From NCBI GenBank assembly GCA_964372025.1, contig CAYJPF010000004.1, forward strand, positions 1 to 54,227: a DNA stretch of 54,227 bases, written 5' to 3'. The stretch's first letter is position 1, and the number at the start of each line of letters is the position of its first letter. The notes beneath the pieces are model-generated. The model was not told the origin of the DNA and did not search any database. It saw nothing but the letters and a program-made list of their open reading frames with translations. This stretch comes from an uncultured Peptococcaceae bacterium (lineage in GTDB: Bacteria; Bacillota; Dehalobacteriia; UBA4068). A program made the position numbers and the translations under genes. This document shows, one piece after another, positions 9,283 through 17,685 of the stretch.

Positions 9283-9446
9283 CAGGCCGTCAAAAAAACT
9301 GCGTTTTTTGCCAGCCTGCGCAATATTCTTTCCAGAACCGGGAAAGAATATTGGCAGCTTACGCTGCAATTCAACAATGAAAGGGGGGCAAACCACCCTT
9401 TCTATCCCCCCACGGGCAATGGAGTTTTGGCTTTTTTGACAGTCTG
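9283..9446 (-). mobile_element. MITE-like nonautonomous element, copy A (164 bp)
   Basis: Imperfect 15-bp terminal inverted repeats CAGGCCGTCAAAAAA / TTTTTTGACAGTCTG. Flanked by the 10-bp direct repeat AATAAGATCT (9273-9282 and 9447-9456). About 85% identical by eye to the reverse complement of 13586-13750. Internal 13-bp hairpin CAATATTCTTTCC/GGAAAGAATATTG. No ORF with an SD. Confidence 0.75.
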
Positions 9447-9516
9447 AATAAGATCTTTCTTTTCTTTTAAGAAAAGAAACAAAAGAAACCTTCAATTTTG
9501 ATAGGTTTTACTTAGG

Positions 9517-9545
9517 TTGATGGCGAATATACTATAAGTTACAAT
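9517..9545 (+). promoter_or_regulatory. putative sigma-A promoter of potABCD
   Basis: TTGATG (9517-9522), 17-nt spacer, TACAAT (9540-9545), about 65 nt upstream of potA. Confidence 0.4.
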
Positions 9546-9608
9546 ACATATAATGGCAGCCTTGGCATTTTATGCAGGCTGTTCCTTTTTACTTATCGGG
9601 GAGTAAAC

Positions 9609-10691
9609 ATGGCAGAAAACATTCTCGAAATTATCAATATTAGTAAAAGCTTTGGCGATAATGCTGTTTTGCATGACCTATGTCTTAAGATTCAAAGTGG
9701 TGAATTTATCACTTTATTGGGCTCTAGCGGTTGTGGTAAAACTACTTTATTGCGCATTATTGCCGGCTTAGAAACCCCGGATCAGGGGCAAATTATTTTA
9801 GAGGGGCAGGATATTAGCGCCTTTCCTCCCAATAAGCGTGATATGAGCATGGTTTTTCAGAATTATGCTCTTTTTCCGCATATGAATGTGGGGGCTAATA
9901 TTGCTTATAGCTTAAAATTAAAAAAAGTTGATAAAAACATTATCAAAGAGGCAGTTAACGAAGCTTTGGCCTTAGTTAGGCTGGAGGGCTTTGAGGCGCG
10001 TATGCCCGGCGAGCTTTCCGGCGGCCAAAAGCAAAGGGTGGCAATTGCTCGCAGTATTATTGGCAAGCCTAAGCTTTTGCTTTTGGACGAGCCTTTGGGT
10101 GCTTTAGATTTGCAGCTAAGGCGGCAAATGCAAACTGAGTTAAAGCGTTTGCAAAAGCAATTGGGCATCACTTTTATCTATATTACCCATGATCAGGAGG
10201 AGGCGCTTAATATGTCGAGCCGCATTGTAATCATGCGCGAAGGACATTTTGAGCAAATAGGTACACCTTCTCAAATTTATGATAGCCCGCAAACCTCCTA
10301 TACTGCTACTTTTGTGGGTAATGCCAACTTAATTGAGGGGATTATTCAAAGCCTTGATCCTAAGCATGATATTATGCTGGTAAAATGCGAAAATTGCCTG
10401 CTGGAAGCCCCGATGCATCAACGCGAATTTAAGATAAATGAGCAAATTCGTTTGGCCATACGCAGCGAAAATATTTTATTTACCGATAGTAGCAATCGGG
10501 ATGCTTTGCCGGCCATTGTTACCGAAAGAACCTTTGTGGGTGGCCAGTTGCGGCTTAATCTTAAAACCGATCATGGCCTGGATTTGGTGGCTAGCCGTCA
10601 TGGCCTAAATTTGGCGGCCGATGTGGGCGATCGGGTTCATTTGTTTTTTGAAGCCAAACATGTAATTCCGGTTGATATCGGTAATTTTTAA
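9609..10691 (+). CDS. potA: spermidine/putrescine ABC transporter ATP-binding protein
   Basis: Walker A GSSGCGKTT, signature LSGGQKQRV, Walker B LLLLDEP, and a C-terminal TOBE-like regulatory domain. Followed by potBCD. Confidence 0.9.
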   Translation: MAENILEIINISKSFGDNAVLHDLCLKIQSGEFITLLGSSGCGKTTLLRIIAGLETPDQGQIILEGQDISAFPPNKRDMSMVFQNYALFPHMNVGANIAYSLKLKKVDKNIIKEAVNEALALVRLEGFEARMPGELSGGQKQRVAIARSIIGKPKLLLLDEPLGALDLQLRRQMQTELKRLQKQLGITFIYITHDQEEALNMSSRIVIMREGHFEQIGTPSQIYDSPQTSYTATFVGNANLIEGIIQSLDPKHDIMLVKCENCLLEAPMHQREFKINEQIRLAIRSENILFTDSSNRDALPAIVTERTFVGGQLRLNLKTDHGLDLVASRHGLNLAADVGDRVHLFFEAKHVIPVDIGNF

Positions 10692-10712
10692 AATACTATT
10701 ATGCTAATATAA

Positions 10713-11579
10713 ATGGAGGTGAGGGCAGTTAATAAATCTAAAACTATTTGGCTTACACTTTTACCGCTTTATTTGTTTACGATTGTGTTTGTAGCAGGCC
10801 CTTTGCTATATATGGTTTATATTAGCTTTGCCACACCCAGCGAATCTTGGGGTATTATTCATCAATTTAGCCTTAAAAATTATTTGGATATTTTTGATCC
10901 TGTTTATTTAAATACCTTTGGCCAATCTTTTAAACTGGCTCTTACCAGCACTTTTTTTGTGGCTTTAATTGGCTATCCTTTTGGTTATTTTATGGCACGT
11001 TTATCGGCTAAAAGCAAAAAGTTAATGTTGATTTTGCTGATGATTCCCTTTTGGACTAATAGCTTAATCAGGCTTTATGGTTTTATCATCGTGTTAAGAG
11101 CCGGTGGTACTTTGGATAGCTTTTTGATGTTTTTAGGCATCACCGATGACCCGCTTAAACTGCTCTATACTTATCCTGCTGTGGTGATTGGTATGGTTTA
11201 TGCCCTTTTGCAATTTATGATTTTAAGTGTATTTTCCAGTGCCGAAAAAATGGACTTTAATCTGGTAGAAGCGGCCAGAACTTTAGGTGCTTCAAAACTT
11301 CAAGCTTTTTTAACAGTTACTTTAAAATTGACGATGCCCGGTTTATTATCGGGAATAATTTTAACTTTTATCCCCAGCATGGGTTTGTTTTTTATCGCCG
11401 ATATTTTAGGTGGTAATACCATTGTTTTGGTGGGTAGCTTAATTCAAGATCAGTTGCTTAAAGCCCATAACTGGCCTTTTGCTGCTGCTTTAGCTGTGCT
11501 TTTAATGATTTTTACCACCCTTTTAATCTCTTTATATAAGCGCATCACCAATAGCGATGAATTGGAGGGATTAGCCTAA
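10713..11579 (+). CDS. potB: spermidine/putrescine ABC transporter permease
   Basis: 288 aa, multi-pass membrane protein with the EAA-type loop (VEAARTLGASKLQAF). Start codon choice is uncertain because the SD is weak. Confidence 0.85.
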   Translation: MEVRAVNKSKTIWLTLLPLYLFTIVFVAGPLLYMVYISFATPSESWGIIHQFSLKNYLDIFDPVYLNTFGQSFKLALTSTFFVALIGYPFGYFMARLSAKSKKLMLILLMIPFWTNSLIRLYGFIIVLRAGGTLDSFLMFLGITDDPLKLLYTYPAVVIGMVYALLQFMILSVFSSAEKMDFNLVEAARTLGASKLQAFLTVTLKLTMPGLLSGIILTFIPSMGLFFIADILGGNTIVLVGSLIQDQLLKAHNWPFAAALAVLLMIFTTLLISLYKRITNSDELEGLA

Positions 11580-12382
11580 TGAACAAAAAGCCTGCTCAAG
11601 CACGCAAACATAAATTTACATTTGCTAATTTTTATTTGGTATTTTTTACTTGCCTAATTTATTTGCCAATTGTGCTGGTAATTATCTATTCTTTTAACGA
11701 AAGTAAAATTTCCAGCATTTGGGGCGGATTTTCTTTAAAATGGTATCAGGAGCTTTTTAGAGATAAAGAGATGTTCGAAGCCCTGGTTAACAGTATTATT
11801 TTAGCTTTATCTTCCAGTTTTGCGGCGGCCATTATCGGCACTTTGGGGGCTATTGGTTTTAGCAAGGTAAAAACTAAAAGCCAAAAACCAATCGAGATGC
11901 TAACCATGCTGCCGATTATGATTCCGGAAATTATTCTGGCTATGGTATTTTTGGTATTCTTTTCCCTAATCGGGCTGCCCTTTGGCATGACCACCCTTAT
12001 TATCGGCCATACCACTTTTTGCATACCCTATATATTTATGCTGGTAAAGGCCAGGTTGGTGGGCATGGATCAAAGTTTAATCGAGGCCTCGCGCGATTTA
12101 GGGGCCGGCAATTTACGAGCATTTTTTGATATCACCATGCCGCTATTGGCGCCGGCTATCTTAAGCGGTATGCTTTTAAGTTTTGCCATGAGTTTTGATG
12201 ATGTAATCATCAGCCTATTTGTAACCGGGGTAAATGTGAATACGCTGCCGATTAAGGTTTATACCCAATTGCGCACCGGCATCACCCCGGAAATTAATGC
12301 CCTATGTACCATCATGCTGCTTAGTACTATTGCGCTTGTTTTTTTGAGCAATCTAATTGGTCGCTCGAATTACAATAAATAA
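11579..12382 (+). CDS. potC: spermidine/putrescine ABC transporter permease
   Basis: 267 aa permease with EAA loop IEASRDLGAGNLRAF. TAATG overlap with potB. Confidence 0.88.
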   Translation: MNKKPAQARKHKFTFANFYLVFFTCLIYLPIVLVIIYSFNESKISSIWGGFSLKWYQELFRDKEMFEALVNSIILALSSSFAAAIIGTLGAIGFSKVKTKSQKPIEMLTMLPIMIPEIILAMVFLVFFSLIGLPFGMTTLIIGHTTFCIPYIFMLVKARLVGMDQSLIEASRDLGAGNLRAFFDITMPLLAPAILSGMLLSFAMSFDDVIISLFVTGVNVNTLPIKVYTQLRTGITPEINALCTIMLLSTIALVFLSNLIGRSNYNK

Positions 12383-12399
12383 CTTTTTGGAGGAAATTT

Positions 12400-13539
12400 A
12401 TGAAAAAACTATTAACTTTGTTCTTAACTCTAACTTTAGGCCTTGGCCTATTAACCGGTTGCGGCGGCGATAGCCCTGCTCCGGCCGAAGAAACCCCTGC
12501 CGATACCGAAGCCGATATGGCAGCCGACGCTGACGAAGCCGGCGATGATGCAGAGCCCGCAGCCGCCGGCGGCGAGCTAAACCTATTTACCTGGGAAGGC
12601 ATGTTCCCGGCCGAAGTATTGGAAGCTTTTACCGCCGAAACCGGCATTACCGTTAATTATTCCAGCTTTGACAGCAACGAAACCATGCTTTCGCGCTTGC
12701 AAGCGGCCGATGGCGGCGATTATGATTTAATTATTGCCGATGATTATATCAGCGAAACCGTAATTGCCGAGGGTTTGGCCATGCCTTTGGATAAGGCACT
12801 TATCCCCAATTTGGGCAATGTAAATCCGCTTTATCAAGGCCAATTTTTTGATCCCGAGGATATGTATACCGTGCCTCATGGTGCCGGTGTGCAAACCATT
12901 GTTTATGATCCTGCTCGCCTAGATATCGAAATTTTAGGCTATGCCGATTTGTGGAATGAGGCTTTAGCTGATGATTTGGCTGTGGTTGGCAATTATCGTG
13001 TGGTTAATGGCATGGCCTTAAAGGTATTGGGCGAAAGCTATAATGTAGAGGATATTGCTACTATCGAGGCTGCCGCTGCCAAGCTAAACGAGCTTGCTCC
13101 TAATATTCGCTTAATTAAAGATGATAATTTGCAAGATGATTTATTATCGGGCGAAGTATCGGCTGCGGTGATGTATACCAGCCAGGTTACTATGGCTATG
13201 CTAGCTAATCCTGAGCTAAAAGTGGTGTATCCGGCCGAGGGTGTGGGCTTTGGTTTAATTGTGCAGTTTATACCGGTTAATGCCCCTAACTCGGCAGCTG
13301 CCCATGCTTTTATCGATTTTATTTTGCGCCCGGAAATTGGCAAGCAAAGCTTTGAATGGCTTGGCTATTATTGCACCAATCAAGCCGCCGATTCATTGAT
13401 AGCCGAGGAATATAAGCCATTTTTAACCTTGCCTACCGATTTTGATAGCGAAACCGAGATGATTCAAAATATCAGCTTAGAAGCCGACGAAGCACATGTA
13501 AAAGCCTGGACTGAGTTTAAATCCCTAAGCGGCCAATAA
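12400..13539 (+). CDS. potD: spermidine/putrescine-binding lipoprotein
   Basis: Signal peptide plus lipobox LLTGC, an acidic A/E/D/P linker, then a PotD/PotF-type binding domain. Last gene of the pot operon. Confidence 0.88.
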   Translation: MKKLLTLFLTLTLGLGLLTGCGGDSPAPAEETPADTEADMAADADEAGDDAEPAAAGGELNLFTWEGMFPAEVLEAFTAETGITVNYSSFDSNETMLSRLQAADGGDYDLIIADDYISETVIAEGLAMPLDKALIPNLGNVNPLYQGQFFDPEDMYTVPHGAGVQTIVYDPARLDIEILGYADLWNEALADDLAVVGNYRVVNGMALKVLGESYNVEDIATIEAAAAKLNELAPNIRLIKDDNLQDDLLSGEVSAAVMYTSQVTMAMLANPELKVVYPAEGVGFGLIVQFIPVNAPNSAAAHAFIDFILRPEIGKQSFEWLGYYCTNQAADSLIAEEYKPFLTLPTDFDSETEMIQNISLEADEAHVKAWTEFKSLSGQ

Positions 13540-13556
13540 ATAATTGCCAATAAAAA

Positions 13557-13585
13557 TAGCAGCTAAATCTTTAAGATTTGCTGCT
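13557..13585. terminator. terminator hairpin, copy 1 (A-run on its left, U-tract displaced by element insertion)
   Basis: TAGCAGCTAAATCTTTAAGATTTGCTGCT is preceded by AAAAA. It is repeated at 13751-13780 with a single extra T. Confidence 0.6.
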
Positions 13586-13750
13586 CAGACTATCAAAAAA
13601 AGCCAAAATTCAATTCCCCGTGGGGGGATGGAAAGGGGGGCTTGCCCCCCTTGCGTGCAATAAATTGCAGCGTAAGCTGCCAATATTCTTTCCCGGTTTT
13701 GGAAAGAATATTGCTAAGGCTGTCAAAAAACATAGTTTTTTGACAGCCTT
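13586..13750 (+). mobile_element. MITE-like nonautonomous element, copy B (165 bp)
   Basis: Ends are CAGACTATCAAAAAA ... TTTTTTGACAGCCTT. Same internal hairpins as copy A but in inverse orientation. It sits between two copies of the potD/pyrD terminator hairpin. Confidence 0.75.
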
Positions 13751-13787
13751 TAGCAGCTAAATCTTTTAAGATTTGCTGCTATTTTTT
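13751..13787. terminator. terminator hairpin, copy 2, with T-run
   Basis: TAGCAGCTAAATCTTTTAAGATTTGCTGCT followed by ATTTTTT. Together with the A-run at 13552-13556 this reconstructs a bidirectional terminator between convergent potD and pyrD. Confidence 0.65.
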
Positions 13788-13788
13788 A

Positions 13789-14709
13789 TTAAATTTCCAG
13801 GCTGCCGATTAGGCTGCTTATATCTGCTATTTGATGATTGTCTAGCCAATCATTTAAATCAGCCAAAATTTGTTGCGGTAAAAAGGGATTATTAAAATGA
13901 CCGGCGCCAATTTGAATCAACGATGCTCCTGCCATCATAAATGCGATAATATCCTCAGCACTTTGAATGCCGCCCATGCCGATAATCGGTATCTTTACCT
14001 TTTGTGCCGTCTGCCATACCATGCGCAAGGCTATCGGCTTAATCGCAGGGCCCGATAATCCACCCACAATATTGCCCAGTACCGGCTTGCGCTGCTCGAT
14101 ATCTATGGCCATGCCCAATACCGTATTAATCATTGATATCGCATCAGCCCCGGCTTGCTCCACTGCTTGGGCTATCGCTGTGATATCGGTTACATTAGGC
14201 GATAGCTTTACTATTAATGGTAAATCCAATTCCTGACGCACAATAGCCGTTATTGCCGCCGCAATTGCCGGATTAGTGCCAAAGGCCATGCCGCCTTCTT
14301 TTACATTAGGGCAGGAAATATTTAATTCCACCGCCGCCACTTTAGTTGCTATCTCGCTTTGCGCCAACTGATGCGCCACCGCCCGATAATGCTCCTGATC
14401 ATGACCGGCAATATTTAAAATTACCGCTGTATCATAAGCTGTTACAAAGGGCAATTCGCTCTCGATTACCTGCTTAATCCCGGGGTTTTGCAGGCCAACC
14501 GCATTAAGCATCCCGGCCGGTGTTTCGGCAATGCGGGTAGGGATATTGCCTAATCTGGGCTCTAAAGTAGTGCCCTTTACCGCAATACCGCCCAAAATTG
14601 CTAAATCATATAAAGCGGCCAATTCGCGGCCATAACCACAGGTGCCGGATGCCAAAATCAAAGGGTTTTTAAAATCAATGCCTAAAATGTTTTGCTTAAG
14701 ATTTGCCAT
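13789..14709 (-). CDS. pyrD: dihydroorotate dehydrogenase B (NAD+), catalytic subunit
   Basis: Class 1B PyrD blocks (LASGTCGYG, NISCPN, KLSPNV, GGI). The ATG at 14709 overlaps the pyrK stop (TAATG), with GGAGG 10 nt upstream. The track TTG at 14715 is too close to the SD. Confidence 0.92.
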   Translation of the reverse strand: MANLKQNILGIDFKNPLILASGTCGYGRELAALYDLAILGGIAVKGTTLEPRLGNIPTRIAETPAGMLNAVGLQNPGIKQVIESELPFVTAYDTAVILNIAGHDQEHYRAVAHQLAQSEIATKVAAVELNISCPNVKEGGMAFGTNPAIAAAITAIVRQELDLPLIVKLSPNVTDITAIAQAVEQAGADAISMINTVLGMAIDIEQRKPVLGNIVGGLSGPAIKPIALRMVWQTAQKVKIPIIGMGGIQSAEDIIAFMMAGASLIQIGAGHFNNPFLPQQILADLNDWLDNHQIADISSLIGSLEI

Positions 14710-15485
14710 TACCAAACTACCTCCAAACCATCAAAAACAGGGCCTTCGCAACATACTCTTTTATAGCGCATTGCTTGGTCATCGGCAGCTTTAGTAGGGC
14801 AAACGCAGCCCATACATACCCCAAAACCACAACCCATATGCTCCTCCAGCGATACCTGGCAAGGAATATTATGCTTAGCTGCCCATAATGCTACATGCTG
14901 CATCAAAGGCTTAGGGCCGCAAGTATATACTTGATCATAAAGGGGTTGATCGCTTAATAGGTTAATTACTTTGCCTTTTTCGCCAACACTGCCATCATTG
15001 GTGGCTATGCGCAAATAGGCTACATCCTCAAAATCGCTAACACACATCAAATGATCGGCTGTTTGTGCCCCCAATAAAATATCGCAAGTGATATTTTGCC
15101 GATTTAAGGCTATAGCTAAAGGCAAAATTGGCGCTGCTCCGCTGCCTCCGGCCACTAAAAGCACATGATTAGCCTGATTGTTTATTTGCCAGCCATTGCC
15201 TAAAGGGCCTAAAACCTCCAGGCTTTGCCCCACCTGTTGGCGGCTTAATATTTGGGTGCCATGACCATGAATTTGATAAATTAGCCTGATTTGGCCATTA
15301 GTAGCCGCAATTAAATTGATGCCCATCGGCCGCTTTAAAAAAGGATCTTGCTCGGCTGCCGCTTTGATCATTACAAATTGCCCCGGTTTGGCTTTAGCAC
15401 TAATTTGTGGCAATTCTAAGCTAAGCTCGTGTAGATGGCGGCTTAAAGGTTTGTTTGCTAATATTTTGGCCTGCTCTGTTAACAA
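14709..15485 (-). CDS. pyrK: dihydroorotate dehydrogenase B electron-transfer subunit
   Basis: FAD/NAD ferredoxin-reductase fold with the C-terminal 2Fe-2S motif CGFGVCMGCVC. TTG start after AAAGGGG. Confidence 0.9.
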   Translation of the reverse strand: MLTEQAKILANKPLSRHLHELSLELPQISAKAKPGQFVMIKAAAEQDPFLKRPMGINLIAATNGQIRLIYQIHGHGTQILSRQQVGQSLEVLGPLGNGWQINNQANHVLLVAGGSGAAPILPLAIALNRQNITCDILLGAQTADHLMCVSDFEDVAYLRIATNDGSVGEKGKVINLLSDQPLYDQVYTCGPKPLMQHVALWAAKHNIPCQVSLEEHMGCGFGVCMGCVCPTKAADDQAMRYKRVCCEGPVFDGLEVVW

Positions 15486-15654
15486 TATTCTCGCCCCTTT
15501 ATAAATTTAACTTTATAATTTTAAACTAACTAAAATATATTGGCTATTTGTTTGCTAATTCCTGCCAACAAAAAATGCCATTTTATTATATATGTAAGAA
15601 AAAATATGTAATATATAGTGCAAGATTAAATAATAAATATTTTGAAAATTTTTA

Positions 15655-15683
15655 TTGATTTTATTATATTAAAGGTGTATAAT
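15655..15683 (+). promoter_or_regulatory. putative sigma-A promoter of xpt
   Basis: TTGATT (15655-15660), 17-nt spacer, TATAAT (15678-15683). Confidence 0.45.
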
Positions 15684-15715
15684 TGAAAAATAAAGGTAAA
15701 TAAGGGGGCTAATTA

Positions 15716-16288
15716 ATGGAGGCTTTAAAACAAAGAATTATAGAAGATGGCCTAGCTATAGGTACGGAAATTGTTAAAGTTGATTCATTTTTAAATCACC
15801 AGCTAGATGTGGCTTTTATTGATTTAATCGGCCAAGAATTTAGGCAAAGATTTGGCGATATTATGCCCGATAAAATACTTACTATGGAAGCCTCCGGCAT
15901 ACCGGTTGCCTGTTTTGCTGCTCGGCATTTTAATAATATTCCGGTTATTTTTGCTAAAAAAGGTTTGCCCAGTACCATGAATGAAGGCCTGTATCATGCC
16001 AAGGTTAAATCTTTTACTAAAGGTATACTTTCTGAGGCAAGAGTATCCCAAAAATATATTCAAGAAGGGCATAAAATTTTAATTATCGACGACTTTTTAG
16101 CTCATGGCGAGGCTGCTTTAGGCTTAATTAGCATAGTAAGGCAAGCCAAGGCCGAGGTTTTGGGCTTAGGGGCTGTTATCGAAAAAGAATTTCAAGGCGG
16201 TGGGGCGCGGGTGCGCGATATTGGTATTCGCTTGGAATCTTTGGCGGTTATCGAAAAAATCAATGATGGTGTTATTACTTTTAGATAG
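15716..16288 (+). CDS. xpt: xanthine phosphoribosyltransferase
   Basis: 190 aa. The N-terminus MEALKQRIIEDG...KVDSFLNHQLD closely resembles B. subtilis Xpt. PRPP loop ILIIDDFLAHGEA. Confidence 0.92.
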   Translation: MEALKQRIIEDGLAIGTEIVKVDSFLNHQLDVAFIDLIGQEFRQRFGDIMPDKILTMEASGIPVACFAARHFNNIPVIFAKKGLPSTMNEGLYHAKVKSFTKGILSEARVSQKYIQEGHKILIIDDFLAHGEAALGLISIVRQAKAEVLGLGAVIEKEFQGGGARVRDIGIRLESLAVIEKINDGVITFR

Positions 16289-16340
16289 GCTAATATATGC
16301 TTATTTGAAATAAAAATAATATTTATTTAGGAGGGAAAGA

Positions 16341-17534
16341 ATGAAAAAATTATTATTGTTGCTTTTAGTTTTAATGTTAAGTATTGGTTTAGTTGCTGCA
16401 TGTGGTGGCGGGGAAGAGCCGGTTGAAGAGCCTACCGAAACCCCGGCCGAAGAGCCGGCCGAGGAGCCTGCTGCTGAAGATGCCGAAGAACCTGCTGCAG
16501 ATGCCGGTTTAAGCTTAGAAAATGTTAAAATCGGTTTTGTACACTTAACCGACCCTTCCGACATGGGTTATACTTATAATCATGATTTGGGTACTCAAGG
16601 CATGGTTGCCGCTTTAGGTTTAAGCGAAGACCAAATCATAAATAAGTTTAATACCCCGGAAAGCAGCGAGGCAGGTACTGCTTTGCAAGAATTAATCGAT
16701 GCCGGTTGTAATATTATTTTTGGTACCAGCTTTGGTTTCGAAAATTATATTTTAGAGCTAGCCCCCGATTATCCGGAAATTGAATTCTTCCATGCTACCG
16801 GTTATCAGGCTGCCGATTCCGGTTTGCCTAATGTTCATAACTATTTTGGCGATATTTATCAGGCCCGTTATTTATCGGGTATTGCTGCCGGCCTAAAAAC
16901 CGAAACCAATCAATTAGGCTATGTTGCTGCTATGCCTTTTGCCGAAGTTATCAGTGGTTATGATGCCTTTTATTTAGGCGCACTTTCGGTTAATCCGGAT
17001 GTAACCATGCAAGTTGCTTATACCAATTCTTGGCATGATCCCGAGGCCGAGGCCATTGCTGCCCAAGCCTTAATCGATGGCGGTGCCGATGTTATTGGCC
17101 AGCACTGCGATAGCCCCACCCCCCAAACCACCGCCGAGCGTAATGGCGTATGGGGTGTAGGTTATAACTCGGATATGATCGGTGCTGCTCCCGGTGCTGC
17201 TTTAACCTCTGCCGTTTGGGATTGGAGCATTTATCTTACCTTTGCCGTACAAAGTGTAATCGATGGTACCGAAATTCCTTATGATTGGTCGGAAGGTTTA
17301 GCCGAAGGCGTTGTTGATATCTCGGCCTTAAACGAAGATATTATTGCCGATGGCACTGTTGAAGCTATCGATGATGCTCGTGCCAGAATTATTAGCGGCG
17401 ACTGGGATGTATTTACCGGCCCCTTATATGATAATGAAGGCAATATCGTAGTAGAAGAAGGCGTAACCTTTACCGAGCCTAAGAGCGCACCTTCTTTTGA
17501 TGCTATCTTGGAAGGTATTACTGTTATTGAGTAG
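16341..17534 (+). CDS. BMP-family (PnrA/TmpC-like) nucleoside-binding ABC transporter lipoprotein
   Basis: Lipobox LVAAC, an acidic E/P/A linker, then BMP-family blocks (KIGFV, GFENY, GYVAAMPFAEV, IGQHCDSP, VWGVGYNSD). No cognate ATPase or permease genes are adjacent. Confidence 0.8.
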   Translation: MKKLLLLLLVLMLSIGLVAACGGGEEPVEEPTETPAEEPAEEPAAEDAEEPAADAGLSLENVKIGFVHLTDPSDMGYTYNHDLGTQGMVAALGLSEDQIINKFNTPESSEAGTALQELIDAGCNIIFGTSFGFENYILELAPDYPEIEFFHATGYQAADSGLPNVHNYFGDIYQARYLSGIAAGLKTETNQLGYVAAMPFAEVISGYDAFYLGALSVNPDVTMQVAYTNSWHDPEAEAIAAQALIDGGADVIGQHCDSPTPQTTAERNGVWGVGYNSDMIGAAPGAALTSAVWDWSIYLTFAVQSVIDGTEIPYDWSEGLAEGVVDISALNEDIIADGTVEAIDDARARIISGDWDVFTGPLYDNEGNIVVEEGVTFTEPKSAPSFDAILEGITVIE

Positions 17535-17555
17535 TTTTTTATAGAATATATAGAA

Positions 17556-17599
17556 AAGGCTTAGGCCAAGAGTAAAATCTTGTGCCTAAGCCTTTTTTT
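17556..17599 (+). terminator. intrinsic terminator after the BMP lipoprotein gene
   Basis: 11-bp stem AAGGCTTAGGC / GCCTAAGCCTT followed by a T-run. Confidence 0.8.
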
Positions 17600-17685
17600 A
17601 TTTGCCTTAGAAAAGAAATTATCTGAAAATTTGATATAATTTTACAAAATTCGCTAAAATTCTCTCTAAATATACAAAATGTATA

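Noticed and set aside
9129-9495. ORFs 9129-9380(+), 9166-9495(-) and 13578-13760(+) sharing the peptide QRKLPIFFPG.GKNIA
   Set aside because: The shared peptide only reflects the two inverted copies of the MITE-like repeat. There is no SD, the region is dominated by hairpins, and the reading frames are not preserved outside the most conserved stem.
12327-12647. 106-aa Ser/Ala/Gly-rich minus-strand ORF (and its analogue at 16301-16564)
   Set aside because: These are mirror images of the GAA/GCC/GAT-rich acidic linker codons of potD and the BMP lipoprotein. They are low-complexity artefacts, not genes.
15486-15715. Purine (guanine) riboswitch expected upstream of xpt
   Set aside because: I looked for the conserved core strings on the plus strand and did not find them. 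The promoter-to-SD distance (~30 nt) is also too short for an aptamer plus expression platform. A covariance-model scan would be the decisive check.
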